Of a stretch of 64,000 bases of DNA, positions 19,101 to 28,329 are shown piece after piece. Under the pieces are notes generated by a model. It was not told where the DNA came from. It saw only the letters and a list, made by a program, of their open reading frames with translations, and did no database searches. The DNA lies in NCBI RefSeq assembly GCF_030384885.1, contig NZ_CP128615.1. The stretch is one strand, 5' to 3'. How positions within the stretch are numbered: position 1 is the stretch's first letter; each line of letters starts with the position of its first letter. The position numbers and the translations under genes were made by a program. This DNA comes from Escherichia coli. GTDB taxonomy: Bacteria; Pseudomonadota; Gammaproteobacteria; Enterobacterales; Enterobacteriaceae.

Positions 19101-19815
19101 AATTGTTTTCAACCTGTTCAACCCACGCTTTGGCAGACTCTAATGATTGCTCACTGGCATGAGCGAGTGCTTCTGAAAGTTCGTCTCGATAGAAGTCATA
19201 GGCGTCACGCTCCTTTTCCCAAGTTGATTGAGTCAACTCAGCAAATTTGTCCTTGAAAGACATGTATTGATTACGCTTATCAAGCTCGCGTTCTAAATGC
19301 GCAATGTGAGGAAAATCAGCGCAGTATCCTACACGCTCATTAAAGACTTTGAGGAAGACCTTAAGAATGGCATTTTCTCGGTCATCCGTATTGGCTCGTG
19401 AATCGATGTTAAAAAGAATAACATCAGTGTCTTTGGTAACAGCGTTTTGGATATCGGCCAACAGCATGGCATCGTTGATTTTGTCTTTAAAAAACTCAAA
19501 TGCTTGACGGCCTTGGCCATCCTTTTCGACAGACTTATTTTCGAGGAGGTAAGACAAAATTTTCAGGAAGTGAGACTTACCCGAACCAAAGAAGCCAGAG
19601 ATCCACACACCAATTTTTCCTGACATTGATGCGCCACTTTGCGTCACAGATGGAACGTAAGCCTCAAAGAAAGCGCGAAAATGTCGATCTAGCTCTCGGG
19701 TTACAACATACTCATCAAGTTCGACATACACACTGTCATTGTCTTTCTGTTCCGCTTTAACAACGCCGTTAATATCACGCGTCAACTTCTTGGAAAAAAT
19801 CTGTTCAATTTTCAT
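16138..19815 (-). CDS. brxC: BrxC/PglY large P-loop ATPase
   Basis: 1225 aa; GFFGSGKSHFLK Walker A, LLFLVDEVGQF Walker B; position after brxB. Confidence 0.9.
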   Translation of the reverse strand: MKIEQIFSKKLTRDINGVVKAEQKDNDSVYVELDEYVVTRELDRHFRAFFEAYVPSVTQSGASMSGKIGVWISGFFGSGKSHFLKILSYLLENKSVEKDGQGRQAFEFFKDKINDAMLLADIQNAVTKDTDVILFNIDSRANTDDRENAILKVFLKVFNERVGYCADFPHIAHLERELDKRNQYMSFKDKFAELTQSTWEKERDAYDFYRDELSEALAHASEQSLESAKAWVEQVENNFPLDIRNFCKWVNEYLDRTGDRNLLFLVDEVGQFIGKNTQMMLKLQTITEDLGTYCGGRAWVVVTSQADIDAAIGGMDKRDGEDFSKIQGRFSTRLQLSSSNTSEVIQKRLLSKTEEARTHLIDVFAEKGDILRNQLTFDKTTTASLKGYTDAPSFVDNYPFVPYHYTLVQKVFESIRTKGATGKHLAMGERSLLDAFQSAAKQMKDSGLDVLIPFYSFYAPIESFLEPAVKRTIDQACELDSLTEFDGKILKTLFLIRYVDVVKSTLDNLVTLSIDRIDADKIALRKQIEESLNRLERQLLIARNGDEFIFLTNEEKEIENEIRHTDVEMSEVSNKLSAIVFDGILKGNRAYRYPINKQDFAVSRFCNGHPKDGTTLEDLVIKVISPLDSHFENYSHDQACINHTLEADGCVLVKLGEHKRLWDDLTTFIKTDRFLKQNSGQRPEQEHLLREKQMENIEREKRLRTDFEALFAEADVYAIGTKLPKKSATPSAIVEEAYKYVIENTFAKLNMLKATPGEVLRELQAVLVADDIAQIGLDLQADECNPEATREVEQYVTLKVERNEPVYLRDIVAHFGKRPYGWPDNEILLLTARLGLAGKLSFSTQGTDLALKKAYEPFTSVRKRGEIRVHKIRQHDERQIKKAAGLVKEIFSKTFTGSGEKELYELVRDELLAWNEELKSFRTKSQTGHFPGKSQIDDGLALVAGILEQTSSFALITRFLENADALEEFAEDFEDLDDFYNSQFQTWQALAGALNEKFKANRPALEKDSEALKALTELERIYNMPSPYEQLRHINPLIEQVAKINSTLVEEKRTHALERVDLRIGRVKEALAEAHAPSELQNQALRPLQMCRQRIEATSSIPQIISEQTEAEGYEDEAYELLNGFIEDQRKKAEAEQRRRELEQQTREEEAAKAGKAAPAPEPASEPVQPQPVAKRTVTINSTDAMAKSVTTGFIESEAEVDAYLAALREQLIAAVKAGDRVRIK

Positions 19816-19833
19816 TCGGGAGGCTCCCTGCTC

Positions 19834-20427
19834 TTAATTTTTTTTACCGTCTTCAGGCACAAGCTTGAAGGCGCGATAGTAGTTTTTAGATTCGATCATG
19901 CCGAAAGGATGCAAATCCCTTCCGCTATATTCACCCGGATAGAAAAGCACTAATGGCGTGCTACCCATAACGTCTTGCAGAGCACTAAGTAACTCATGTC
20001 CTCGGATAAGAGGCCACGCACTGCCTAAGCCTGACAGCAACACAAACTCAAGTTCTGATGGCTTATATTTGTCCGCGATATACCTTGCCACTTTCTCTTG
20101 GCTCAGAGGCCCGGCTAGTGTTTTTCGAAGGCCATCAACACCGACTTGCAATTCACGCTGGCAAGCTCGGTCGAAAAGGCCTCGCTCCTCAAGCATATCT
20201 ATCAAGACTTCAAAAATATTGAGATGGACAAAGCGGTAACCACGCTTGTTGAGTTTTTCGTCAACGTGCTTAATGTGCTCTCGTACAAGCAGTTCATACT
20301 TGGCTGGATAGTCAAATACCCAAAATCCAATTTCATTGCCCAAGCCATCGTTTTTCAAAAACTTAGGGCTTTCAATTCGTTCCAGTATCAGATCAAGCCT
20401 GGTCTGAAGAGCCTTCATATTGTGCAC
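19834..20427 (-). CDS. brxB: BrxB (DUF1788-type)
   Basis: 197 aa; canonical size and position; 13-nt overlap with brxA. Confidence 0.8.
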   Translation of the reverse strand: MHNMKALQTRLDLILERIESPKFLKNDGLGNEIGFWVFDYPAKYELLVREHIKHVDEKLNKRGYRFVHLNIFEVLIDMLEERGLFDRACQRELQVGVDGLRKTLAGPLSQEKVARYIADKYKPSELEFVLLSGLGSAWPLIRGHELLSALQDVMGSTPLVLFYPGEYSGRDLHPFGMIESKNYYRAFKLVPEDGKKN

Positions 20428-21014
20428 TCCATTACCTCAATCAAATCTTCCCGGCCCAGACGAACTAACCAGTCTTTAACTTCTGGCATTAGGTAAACAG
20501 GTTGTATTTTCTTTGTCCTGCTATCACTCAGGTAGCCACTATCAACCAGTGCCTTAATTGCGTTGTTACCCATTTTTTTGACAGTTGAGTCAGAAAAACC
20601 GCCAAGCTCAGCATATGCCCGCACTCTCGTGTCATAAAACTCAGACCATGCATCAGCGGTTAAAGAGGGTTTATAGGTGCGACGAGCTTCGGCTAAGGTA
20701 AGTCGCATAAAATAAGCGACAACCGGAGAATGAATGAGTAATGACATCATCAGCATTTGGACATAGGCACGTTCACTCGCGGCTAAAAGATCAGTCATAA
20801 ACTCATCACCCAGGCCTTCAATACGCCAACGGATTGTTCTGGCATAACGAATAGCCGTCTGACCGGATTTTTTCTGAAGAACATTTTGCTCAACGATCAG
20901 CGACTTCCACTCATCTTCTGGAAGTTTTTTCAATAGCGATTCTGCGATTATTCTAGATTCAGTTATCAATAAACTGCCTCCGATAAGATCGCCTAAATAT
21001 TCTTTTATATTCAT
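20415..21014 (-). CDS. brxA: BrxA (DUF1819-type)
   Basis: 199 aa; canonical size and position as first core BREX gene. Confidence 0.75.
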   Translation of the reverse strand: MNIKEYLGDLIGGSLLITESRIIAESLLKKLPEDEWKSLIVEQNVLQKKSGQTAIRYARTIRWRIEGLGDEFMTDLLAASERAYVQMLMMSLLIHSPVVAYFMRLTLAEARRTYKPSLTADAWSEFYDTRVRAYAELGGFSDSTVKKMGNNAIKALVDSGYLSDSRTKKIQPVYLMPEVKDWLVRLGREDLIEVMECTI

Positions 21015-21023
21015 AAATTCATC

Positions 21024-21950
21024 TCACGATTCGCTATATCCAGGAGCGAGTGCAGCATTGTCAACGCCGTATAGTGCTTCTGGATTTTTAAGTGCTAAAT
21101 GGAACTCTCGCCCATTGCTCTTACAATTCTTTGAACAATCGATATTCCATAAACGCAGTAAATATCCAGCGAACGCAGCTCTTATCTCTACACGCAACCT
21201 ATTGTTTTCCATTGCGTAGTCCATCGATACAGCTTCTGGATGTGCTAGTTTTGGATGAGGTATCAGCTCTAGCTCAACGATTCGGTTCCATTGCTTATCC
21301 CACTGAAGAGTCTCAACTTCGTCGTTAACCTCATCCTCTAACAACTCAACTTCACTTATTCTGGTTAAAACAAAATCCCTAAATTCTCTAAGCTTTCTAT
21401 CGAATGCTCGGACATGCCATCTCAAGCCATTGTCAATCAGGGTATGAGGAACTATTTGCCTGCTCCCATGACCACTCGACAATGAGGTGTACTCAATATT
21501 AATCACAGCGCGCTTATGTATGGCTTCACTAATAGCCGCTACAACTTCCAATTTCGGCTTATTGAGATGGAATGGTGCTTCACAAGCCATAGGTGGCCTG
21601 GCCTTGCCAAGAAAGCCATCACCGAACCCTTGGCTTATCGTCGCAAGAGTTCGAACAACGTCATAATCAAACAACGGCTGGAATGCGCTCGTCTTCAAGT
21701 GCACTCTGCGCTTTTCGTCATACATAACGTTGTTAGGAGCCAACTCTTTGTACCGCGCAAAATCTTGTGTTGCCACAGACGGCGCTACGCTAAATCGCTC
21801 GGTTAAATAACTACGCCCAGCTTCACCTTTAAATAACAAAGTGAAATCAATATGAGCGAGTCGTTCTCTCTGTGCTTGGCTAAGCTCTTCAAGTCCAGTG
21901 TTGTCTTGCACTGTCAGCCTCTCAATCCATCTGGGACAAGCCCTAATCAT
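21024..21950 (-). CDS. brxR: BrxR-like WYL-domain transcriptional regulator
   Basis: 308 aa; wHTH-like N-terminus; WYL-like GLRWHVRAFDRKLREFRDFVLTRI; 9 nt upstream of brxA. Confidence 0.75.
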   Translation of the reverse strand: MIRACPRWIERLTVQDNTGLEELSQAQRERLAHIDFTLLFKGEAGRSYLTERFSVAPSVATQDFARYKELAPNNVMYDEKRRVHLKTSAFQPLFDYDVVRTLATISQGFGDGFLGKARPPMACEAPFHLNKPKLEVVAAISEAIHKRAVINIEYTSLSSGHGSRQIVPHTLIDNGLRWHVRAFDRKLREFRDFVLTRISEVELLEDEVNDEVETLQWDKQWNRIVELELIPHPKLAHPEAVSMDYAMENNRLRVEIRAAFAGYLLRLWNIDCSKNCKSNGREFHLALKNPEALYGVDNAALAPGYSES

Positions 21951-22019
21951 TTAAAACTAGGAAGCCATCGATTGAATGCCATCAAGCAACCTACTTTTTT
22001 TCATTAGGTATCATAGTAT

Positions 22020-22037
22020 CAACAAGTCGTCTTGTTG
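22020..22037. promoter_or_regulatory. inverted repeat CAACAAG-N4-CTTGTTG upstream of brxR (candidate operator)
   Basis: Perfect 7-bp arms about 70 nt upstream of the brxR start, in an AT-rich stretch. Confidence 0.3.
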
Positions 22038-22166
22038 GCTATAAAAATTGGCTTGACGTTGTTCGAATGTTTCTTTTCTGGCCTTGATAGAAGCTCACGC
22101 TGGAATGCCAACTGACGCAATTCATTCTCTCGAACACGCCTAGCAACTTCTGCCTGGGCTGGTAGC

Positions 22167-22269
22167 TGATCTTGACCCTCCATCTCCGAACAGCTTTTGT
22201 ATCTTAAGTTAACGATGTCCGCTGCCGCCGGTATTCCCTCGGGGAGTGATATCCCAGCGCGCTGTGCGG
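22167..22269 (-). mobile_element. IS2-like right-end remnant (orfB 3' end + inverted-repeat-like terminus)
   Basis: Minus strand encodes ...[21 protein letters not shown] (IS2 OrfB-like C-terminus), followed by an IR-like ...GGGTCAAGATCA end at 22167. Cut by IS1 at 22270. Confidence 0.55.
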
Positions 22270-22545
22270 GTGGCTTCCATTTCCATCAGATGTCCTTCCT
22301 GCTCCGCTACTGAAGGCGTGGTGCGTAACGGCAAAAGCACTGCCGGACATCAGCGCTATCTCTGCTCTCACTGCCGTAAAACATGGCAACTACAGTTCAC
22401 TTACACCGCCTCTCAGCCCGGTACGCACCAGAAAATCATTGATATGGCCATGAATGGCGTTGGATGCCGGGCAACCGCCCGCATTATGGGCGTTGGCCTC
22501 AACACGATTTTACGTCACTTAAAAAACTCAGACCGCAGTCGGTAA
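22270..22545 (+). CDS. insA: IS1 InsA
   Basis: [43 protein letters not shown]... Confidence 0.85.
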   Translation: MASISIRCPSCSATEGVVRNGKSTAGHQRYLCSHCRKTWQLQFTYTASQPGTHQKIIDMAMNGVGCRATARIMGVGLNTILRHLKNSDRSR

Positions 22546-22967
22546 CCTCACGCATACAACCGGGCAGTGACGTCATTGTTTGCGCGGAAATGGACGAACA
22601 GTGGGGTTATGTCGGCGCTAAATCACGCCAGCGCTGGTTGTTTTACGCGTATGACAGGATACGGAGGACGGTTGTGGCGCACGTATTCGGTGAACGCACG
22701 TTGTCCACGCTGGAGCGTCTTCTGGGCCTGCTGTCGGCCTTTGAGGTCGTGGTATGGATGACGGATGGCTGGCCGCTTTATGAATCACGCCTGAAGGGAG
22801 AACTGCACGTTATCAGCAAGCGATATAAGCAGCGCATTGAGCGGCATAACCTGAATCTGAGGCAGCATCTGTCAAGGCTGGGCAGGAAGTCACTGTCGTT
22901 CTCAAAATCGGTGGCGCTGCATGACAAAGTCATCGGGCATTATCTGAACATAAAACACTATCAGTAA
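22464..22967 (+). CDS. insB: IS1 InsB frame (expressed as InsAB' by frameshift)
   Basis: 167-aa ORF ...[26 protein letters not shown]... Confidence 0.85.
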   Translation: MPGNRPHYGRWPQHDFTSLKKLRPQSVTSRIQPGSDVIVCAEMDEQWGYVGAKSRQRWLFYAYDRIRRTVVAHVFGERTLSTLERLLGLLSAFEVVVWMTDGWPLYESRLKGELHVISKRYKQRIERHNLNLRQHLSRLGRKSLSFSKSVALHDKVIGHYLNIKHYQ

Positions 22968-23174
22968 GTTGGAGTCATTACCTTCTTTGCCGCCGGACAT
23001 TGTCCGGCGCAACACCAAACCGGTCTGGCGGGCTGAGCCAATCCCGCAGGCAAATTCAGCCCTTACCGGATGGCTCAGCCCCCTACTCATTGGAATTGGA
23101 TATTCAACTTTCAGGGGCTACTGCGCCAGACTTCAGTCTTTAAAGTGATTGACTTAGCGCCTGGCACACTCAAT

Positions 23175-23486
23175 TTATTTAGGTAGCGGGCCTAATTGCA
23201 CCCCATCAGGATAATACTTCCAGCCATCGCGAATTTTGACATTTTCATCCCACGGAAGTTTGTATTCGCCATTGGCAAGATCGCGCACCCAGGTCAGGTA
23301 ATTCTCGCGTTCGCCTCCCGGTTTGCCGACATAGCCCCGGCAGCCAAGGTTGAAAATATTGTTTTCCAACGCCCAGTTTTCACGCGCTTTATCCACCAGG
23401 CGCGGGAACAGCTCTGCGGTAACAATTTCCCATGGGTTGCGGTGCCCCTGCTGAATGACGTTACCGTCATAATTGCAGACCGTACC
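23175..23486 (-). pseudogene. 3' remnant of an unidentified gene truncated by IS903
   Basis: Frame stays open from 23396 up to the IS903 boundary (…[38 protein letters not shown]…LGPLPK*). Confidence 0.5.
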
Positions 23487-24543
23487 GGCTTTGTTGAATA
23501 AATCGAACTTTTGCTGAGTTGAAGGATCAGATCACGCATCCTCCCGACAACACAGACCATTCCGTGGCAAAGCAAAAGTTCAGAATCACCAACTGGTCCA
23601 CCTACAACAAAGCTCTCATCAACCGTGGCTCCCTCACTTTCTGGCTGGATGATGGGGCGATTCAGGCCTGGTATGAGTCGGCAACGCCTTCATCACGGGG
23701 AAGGCCCCAGCGCTATTCTGACCTTGCCATCACGACTGTGCTGGTCATTAAACGCGTATTCAGGCTGACCCTGCGCGCTGCGCAGGGCTTTATTGATTCC
23801 ATTTTTACACTGATGAATGTTCCGTTGCGCTGCCCGGATTACAGCTGTGTCAGCAGGCGGGCAAAGTCGGTTAACGTCAGTTTCAAAACGTTCACCCGGG
23901 GTGAAATCGCGCATCTGGTGATTGATTCCACCGGGCTGAAGGTCTTTGGTGAAGGCGAGTGGAAAGTCAAAAAGCATGGCCAGGAACGCCGTCGTATATG
24001 GCGAAAGTTGCATCTGGCAGTTGACAGCAACACACATGAAATCATCTGTGCAGACCTGTCGCTGAACAATGTGACGGACTCAGAAGCCTTCCCGGGTCTT
24101 ATCCGGCAGACTCACAGAAAAATCAGGGCAGCATCGGCAGACGGCGCTTACGACACCCGGCTCTGTCACGATGAACTGCGGCGTAAGAAAATCAGCGCGC
24201 TTATCCCTCCCCGAAAAGGTGCGGGTTACTGGCCCGGTGAATATGCAGACCGTAACCGTGCAGTGGCTAATCAGCGAATGACCGGGAGTAATGCGCGGTG
24301 GAAATGGACAACAGATTACAACCGTCGCTCGATAGCGGAAACGGCGATGTACCGGGTAAAACAGCTGTTCGGGGGTTCACTGACGCTGCGTGACTACGAT
24401 GGTCAGGTTGCGGAGGCTATGGCCCTGGTACGAGCGCTGAACAAAATGACGAAAGCAGGTATGCCTGAAAGCGTGCGTATTGCCTGAAAACACAACCCGC
24501 TACGGGGGAGACTTACCCGAAATCTGATTTATTCAACAAAGCC
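23487..24543 (+). mobile_element. IS903-like element, complete (1057 bp)
   Basis: GGCTTTGTTGAATAAATC inverted repeats at both ends; IS5-family transposase; no 9-bp target duplication. Confidence 0.9.
23519..24487 (+). CDS. IS903/IS5-family DDE transposase (start codon uncertain)
   Basis: ...[30 protein letters not shown]... Confidence 0.9.
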   Translation: MKDQITHPPDNTDHSVAKQKFRITNWSTYNKALINRGSLTFWLDDGAIQAWYESATPSSRGRPQRYSDLAITTVLVIKRVFRLTLRAAQGFIDSIFTLMNVPLRCPDYSCVSRRAKSVNVSFKTFTRGEIAHLVIDSTGLKVFGEGEWKVKKHGQERRRIWRKLHLAVDSNTHEIICADLSLNNVTDSEAFPGLIRQTHRKIRAASADGAYDTRLCHDELRRKKISALIPPRKGAGYWPGEYADRNRAVANQRMTGSNARWKWTTDYNRRSIAETAMYRVKQLFGGSLTLRDYDGQVAEAMALVRALNKMTKAGMPESVRIA

Positions 24544-24625
24544 AGATGGAATAGCCCCGCTCGGTGATTTGGCGGACAGCTTCTTCCTTAAATTCAGGGG
24601 TAAAACGTGGTGTGCCCATAGACTA
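24544..24625 (-). mobile_element. 5' fragment of a second copy of the IS3-family orfA seen at 3293
   Basis: Minus strand: ATGGGCACACCACGTTTTACCCCTGAATTTAAGGAAGAA... = MGTPRFTPEFKEEAVRQITERGYSI; bounded by IS903 and by another IS. Confidence 0.65.
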
Positions 24626-24696
24626 TGACCTGCTCCCCGTTGATTAGTACACCCCGATGTTAGTAATGTCTTCATAAGCCACATGAGGACATCCCC

Positions 24697-24960
24697 ATGA
24701 AGAAGCGTTTTTCCGACGAACAGATCATCAGTATTCTCCGCGAAGCCGAAGCTGGGGTACCCGCCCGTGAACTCTGCCGCAAGCATGCCATTTCCGATGC
24801 CACGTTTTACACCTGGCGTAAGAAGTATGGCGGTATGGAGGTGCCTGAAGTTAAGCGCCTGAAGTCGCTTGAGGAAGAGAACGCCAGACTCAAGAAGCTG
24901 CTTGCCGAAGCCATGCTGGATAAAGAGGCGCTTCAGGTGGCTCTTGGGCGAAAGTACTGA
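24697..24960 (+). CDS. IS3-family OrfA
   Basis: MKKRFSDEQIISILREAEAGVPARELCRKHAISDATFYTWRKKYGG... Confidence 0.85.
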   Translation: MKKRFSDEQIISILREAEAGVPARELCRKHAISDATFYTWRKKYGGMEVPEVKRLKSLEEENARLKKLLAEAMLDKEALQVALGRKY

Positions 24961-24983
24961 CGACAGACCAGAAGCGGGAAGCC

Positions 24984-25207
24984 GTGATGCTGATGTGTGA
25001 TGCGACCGGTCTGTCGCAACGTCGTGCCTGCAGGCTTACAGGTTTGTCCCTGTCGACCTGCCGCTATGAGGCTCACCGTCCGGCTGCTGATGCGCATTTA
25101 TCAGGGCGCATCACTGAGCTGGCACTGGAGCGCAGGCGTTTTGGCTACCGTCGTATTTGGCAATTGCTGCGCCGTGAAGGGCTTCATGTTAATCATAAGC
25201 GCGTGTA
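24984..25207 (+). pseudogene. IS3-family OrfB, N-terminal fragment only
   Basis: ...ELALERRRFGYRRIWQLLRREGLHVNHKRV, then unrelated sequence. Confidence 0.75.
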
Positions 25208-25208
25208 G

Positions 25209-25320
25209 TGATGCGGACTACGACGTGCGTTTGGTCCAGGACTGCTGCTACGACCCGGATCGGGATGCCCACGAAGCTCTGTTGCGTTCCGGGTTCGGCG
25301 GACGTGTACAGGTCGTGTAA
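25209..25320 (+). pseudogene. C-terminal remnant of an isochorismatase/cysteine-hydrolase-like gene (Tn1721 tet-region remnant)
   Basis: ...DYDVRLVQDCCYDPDRDAHEALLRSGFGGRVQVV*; family assignment tentative. Confidence 0.4.
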
Positions 25321-25457
25321 TTTTCGGGCCTCGCATGATCGCGGCCATAGCCGCAGGTGGATTGGTGCGAGGCAGGGCCAGTCCAAGTCAGGGTGCGGTC
25401 ATCGCGGCGCCTGCAACTCTCAAAAACCCATCGCCGTAGCGGAGGTCTTGTAATCGC

Positions 25458-26342
25458 ATGTCATTACGCACGCCCGATTTATTGTTCACAGCGATAGCAC
25501 CTGCCATTTGGGGCAGCACCTACATTGTCACCACCCAATACCTGCCGAACTTCTCACCGATGACGGTCGCGATGCTGCGGGCGTTGCCGGCGGGTTTATT
25601 GCTCGTGATGATCGTCCGACAGATTCCAACGGGAATCTGGTGGATGCGCATCTTCATCCTCGGCGCACTTAATATTTCGCTATTCTGGAGCTTGTTGTTT
25701 ATTTCGGTCTACCGCCTGCCGGGCGGGGTCGCGGCGACGGTAGGCGCTGTGCAGCCGCTGATGGTCGTGTTCATCTCTGCCGCTCTGCTAGGTAGCCCGA
25801 TACGATTGATGGCGGTCCTGGGGGCTATTTGCGGAACTGCGGGCGTGGCGCTGTTGGTGTTGACACCAAACGCAGCGCTAGATCCTGTCGGCGTCGCAGC
25901 GGGCCTGGCGGGGGCGGTTTCCATGGCGTTCGGAACCGTGCTGACCCGCAAGTGGCAACCTCCCGTGCCTCTGCTCACCTTTACCGCCTGGCAACTGGCG
26001 GCCGGAGGACTTCTGCTCGTTCCAGTAGCTTTAGTGTTTGATCCGCCAATCCCGATGCCTACAGGAACCAATGTTCTCGGCCTGGCGTGGCTCGGCCTGA
26101 TCGGAGCGGGTTTAACCTACTTCCTTTGGTTCCGGGGGATCTCGCGACTCGAACCTACAGTTGTTTCCTTACTGGGCTTTCTCAGCCCGGGGACCGCCGT
26201 GTTGCTAGGATGGTTGTTCTTGGATCAGACGCTGAGTGCGCTTCAAATCATCGGCGTCCTGCTCGTGATCGGGAGTATCTGGCTGGGCCAACGTTCCAAC
26301 CGCACTCCTAGGGCGCGTATAGCTTGCCGGAAGTCGCCTTGA
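25458..26342 (+). CDS. pecM: EamA/DMT-family permease PecM-like (Tn1721 tet region)
   Basis: 294 aa, about 10 TM segments; adjacent to tet(A) as in Tn1721. Confidence 0.85.
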   Translation: MSLRTPDLLFTAIAPAIWGSTYIVTTQYLPNFSPMTVAMLRALPAGLLLVMIVRQIPTGIWWMRIFILGALNISLFWSLLFISVYRLPGGVAATVGAVQPLMVVFISAALLGSPIRLMAVLGAICGTAGVALLVLTPNAALDPVGVAAGLAGAVSMAFGTVLTRKWQPPVPLLTFTAWQLAAGGLLLVPVALVFDPPIPMPTGTNVLGLAWLGLIGAGLTYFLWFRGISRLEPTVVSLLGFLSPGTAVLLGWLFLDQTLSALQIIGVLLVIGSIWLGQRSNRTPRARIACRKSP

Positions 26343-26373
26343 CCCGCATGGCATAGGCCTATCGTTTCCACGA

Positions 26374-27573
26374 TCAGCGATCGGCTCGTTGCCCTGCGCC
26401 GCTCCAAAGCCCGCGACGCAGCGCCGGCAGGCAGAGCAAGTAGAGGGCAGCGCCTGCAATCCATGCCCACCCGTTCCACGTTGTTATAGAAGCCGCATAG
26501 ATCGCCGTGAAGAGGAGGGGTCCGACGATCGAGGTCAGGCTGGTGAGCGCCGCCAGTGAGCCTTGCAGCTGCCCCTGACGTTCCTCATCCACCTGCCTGG
26601 ACAACATTGCTTGCAGCGCCGGCATTCCGATGCCACCCGAAGCAAGCAGGACCATGATCGGGAACGCCATCCATCCCCGTGTCGCGAAGGCAAGCAGGAT
26701 GTAGCCTGTGCCGTCGGCAATCATTCCGAGCATGAGTGCCCGCCTTTCGCCGAGCCGGGCGGCTACAGGGCCGGTGATCATTGCCTGGGCGAGTGAATGC
26801 AGAATGCCAAATGCGGCAAGCGAAATGCCGATCGTGGTCGCGTCCCAGTGAAAGCGATCCTCGCCGAAAATGACCCAAAGCGCGGCCGGCACCTGTCCGA
26901 CAAGTTGCATGATGAAGAAGACCGCCATCAGGGCGGCGACGACGGTCATGCCCCGGGCCCACCGGAACGAAGCGAGCGGGTTGAGAGCCTCCCGGCGTAA
27001 CGGCCGGCGTTCGCCTTTGTGCGACTCCGGCAAAAGGAAACAGCCCGTCAGGAAATTGAGGCCGTTCAAGGCTGCCGCGGCGAAGAACGGAGCGTGGGGG
27101 GAGAAACCGCCCATCAGCCCACCGAGCACAGGTCCCGCGACCATCCCGAACCCGAAACAGGCGCTCATGAAGCCGAAGTGCCGCGCGCGCTCATCGCCAT
27201 CAGTGATATCGGCAATATAAGCGCCGGCTACCGCCCCAGTCGCCCCGGTGATGCCGGCCACGATCCGCCCGATATAGAGAACCCAAAGGAAAGGCGCCGT
27301 CGCCATGATGGCGTAGTCGACAGCAGCGCCGGCCAGCGAGACGAGCAAGACCGGCCGCCGCCCGAAACGATCCGACAGCGCGCCCAGCACAGGTGCGCAG
27401 GCAAATTGCATCAACGCATACAGCGCCAGCAGAATGCCATAGTGGGCGGTGACGTCGTTCGAGTGAACCAGATCGCGCAGGAGGCCCGGCAGCACCGGCA
27501 TAATCAGGCCGATGCCGACAGCGTCGAGCGCGACAGTGCTCAGAATTACGATCAGGGGTCTGTTGGGTTTCAC
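26374..27573 (-). CDS. tetA: tetracycline efflux MFS transporter Tet(A)
   Basis: GTG start giving VKPNRPLIVILSTVALDAVGIGLIMPVLPGLLRD..., 399 aa. The listed ORF start at 27648 is an upstream extension. Confidence 0.95.
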   Translation of the reverse strand: MKPNRPLIVILSTVALDAVGIGLIMPVLPGLLRDLVHSNDVTAHYGILLALYALMQFACAPVLGALSDRFGRRPVLLVSLAGAAVDYAIMATAPFLWVLYIGRIVAGITGATGAVAGAYIADITDGDERARHFGFMSACFGFGMVAGPVLGGLMGGFSPHAPFFAAAALNGLNFLTGCFLLPESHKGERRPLRREALNPLASFRWARGMTVVAALMAVFFIMQLVGQVPAALWVIFGEDRFHWDATTIGISLAAFGILHSLAQAMITGPVAARLGERRALMLGMIADGTGYILLAFATRGWMAFPIMVLLASGGIGMPALQAMLSRQVDEERQGQLQGSLAALTSLTSIVGPLLFTAIYAASITTWNGWAWIAGAALYLLCLPALRRGLWSGAGQRADR

Positions 27574-27619
27574 GTCTGGCCTCCGGACCAGCCTCCGCTG
27601 GTCCGATTGAACGCGCGGA

Positions 27620-27670
27620 TTCTTTATCACTGATAAGTTGGTGGACATATTATGTTTATCAGTGATAAAG
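27620..27670. promoter_or_regulatory. tet operators / divergent tetA-tetR promoters
   Basis: Two palindromes, TTTATCACTGATAA and TTTATCAGTGATAAA, between the divergent genes. Confidence 0.8.
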
Positions 27671-27678
27671 TGTCAAGC

Positions 27679-28329
27679 ATGACAAAGTTGCAGCCGAATA
27701 CAGTGATCCGTGCCGCCCTGGACCTGTTGAACGAGGTCGGCGTAGACGGTCTGACGACACGCAAACTGGCGGAACGGTTGGGGGTTCAGCAGCCGGCGCT
27801 TTACTGGCACTTCAGGAACAAGCGGGCGCTGCTCGACGCACTGGCCGAAGCCATGCTGGCGGAGAATCATACGCATTCGGTGCCGAGAGCCGACGACGAC
27901 TGGCGCTCATTTCTGATCGGGAATGCCCGCAGCTTCAGGCAGGCGCTGCTCGCCTACCGCGATGGCGCGCGCATCCATGCCGGCACGCGACCGGGCGCAC
28001 CGCAGATGGAAACGGCCGACGCGCAGCTTCGCTTCCTCTGCGAGGCGGGTTTTTCGGCCGGGGACGCCGTCAATGCGCTGATGACAATCAGCTACTTCAC
28101 TGTTGGGGCCGTGCTTGAGGAGCAGGCCGGCGACAGCGATGCCGGCGAGCGCGGCGGCACCGTTGAACAGGCTCCGCTCTCGCCGCTGTTGCGGGCCGCG
28201 ATAGACGCCTTCGACGAAGCCGGTCCGGACGCAGCGTTCGAGCAGGGACTCGCGGTGATTGTCGATGGATTGGCGAAAAGGAGGCTCGTTGTCAGGAACG
28301 TTGAAGGACCGAGAAAGGGTGACGATTGA
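27679..28329 (+). CDS. tetR: TetR(A) repressor
   Basis: MTKLQPNTVIRAALDLLNEVGVDGLTTRKLAERLGVQQPALYWHF..., 216 aa. Confidence 0.95.
   Translation: MTKLQPNTVIRAALDLLNEVGVDGLTTRKLAERLGVQQPALYWHFRNKRALLDALAEAMLAENHTHSVPRADDDWRSFLIGNARSFRQALLAYRDGARIHAGTRPGAPQMETADAQLRFLCEAGFSAGDAVNALMTISYFTVGAVLEEQAGDSDAGERGGTVEQAPLSPLLRAAIDAFDEAGPDAAFEQGLAVIVDGLAKRRLVVRNVEGPRKGDD

Larger units (their letters stand above)
22270..22982 (+). mobile_element. IS1 variant lacking its left inverted repeat (about 55 bp missing)
   Basis: Homology starts at the insA GTG; right IR ...ATCAGTAAGTTGGAGTCATTACC ends at 22982. Confidence 0.85.
24626..25207 (+). mobile_element. IS3-family (IS407-group-like) element, 3'-truncated
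   Basis: Left IR TGACCTGCTCCCC...; orfA, then orfB that ends abruptly at ...GLHVNHKRV. Confidence 0.7.

Noticed and set aside
8343-20496. Dozens of 60-116-aa ORFs nested inside or antisense to BREX genes
   Set aside because: All are fully contained within long, motif-bearing BREX ORFs, and none has independent start signals.
22983-23174. 10-bp inverted repeat GGGCTGAGCC...GGCTCAGCCC and the GCCGGAC-ATT-GTCCGGC hairpin after IS1
   Set aside because: It looks like an ordinary terminator or REP-like hairpin downstream of the truncated convergent gene. Nothing further supports a specific function.
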